Positions 63,984 through 64,000 of a stretch of DNA of 64,000 nt are shown here, in pieces. How positions within the stretch are numbered: the first letter of the stretch is position 1; the number at the start of each line of letters is the position of its first letter. The notes beneath the pieces were generated by a model that did no database searches, was not told the origin of the DNA, and worked only from the letters and a program-made list of their open reading frames with translations. The stretch is taken from contig JAOUGE010000004.1 in assembly GCA_029865605.1 (NCBI GenBank), positions 2,562-66,561 of the forward strand, written 5' to 3'. The position numbers and the translations under genes are program-made. This stretch comes from Candidatus Berkelbacteria bacterium. Lineage in GTDB: Bacteria; Patescibacteriota; UBA1384; DTJR01.

Positions 63984-64000
63984 ACCGTCTCGTTTGTATG

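Overview
The window is about 40% GC with compact, mostly plus-strand gene order typical of a small-genome bacterium. Short EF-Ts, LPXTG sortase signals, an unlinked 16S and the absence of pyrH between tsf and frr suggest a Patescibacteria/CPR-like or Gram-positive-type lineage; this is inference only. Recognisable housekeeping content includes folD, a Ctp S41 peptidase, lemA, htpX, ligA, gatC-gatA-(orf)-gatB, htrA, prmC-prfA, rpmE, rpsB-tsf, frr, an RseP-like protease, tpiA-pgk-fba, tig-clpP, acyP, a GH1 beta-glucosidase, lysS and a ZIP transporter. There is a complete 16S rRNA (43372-44835) with its flanking processing stem but no 23S or 5S in the window. tRNA-Ile(GAT) and tRNA-Ala(TGC) are intact but lie 6.7 kb and 13.8 kb downstream of the 16S. 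The most striking feature is a seven-member family of ~570-aa cysteine-rich paralogs in three tandem clusters (6349-9770, 15838-20986, 54791-58308), all on the plus strand. Their N- and C-terminal zinc-ribbon-like modules are conserved even at the nucleotide level, while the central blocks of tandem CxxC repeats vary. Cluster B is fused by ATGA overlaps onto the end of the gatCAB operon, and cluster C follows a DUF87/TraD-like ATPase. Other anomalies are a dispersed ~150-nt structured repeat with covariation; several 0.25-0.55 kb GC-rich (60-70%) islands, some carrying small ORFs with near-consensus promoters and palindromic operators; a degenerate tRNA-Ile 5' half with two downstream copies of its cognate 3' acceptor+CCA; an ORF inserted just after the 16S between 18-nt direct repeats; and a 28-aa peptide with 11 cysteines behind a DUF134 regulator with a perfect palindromic operator.
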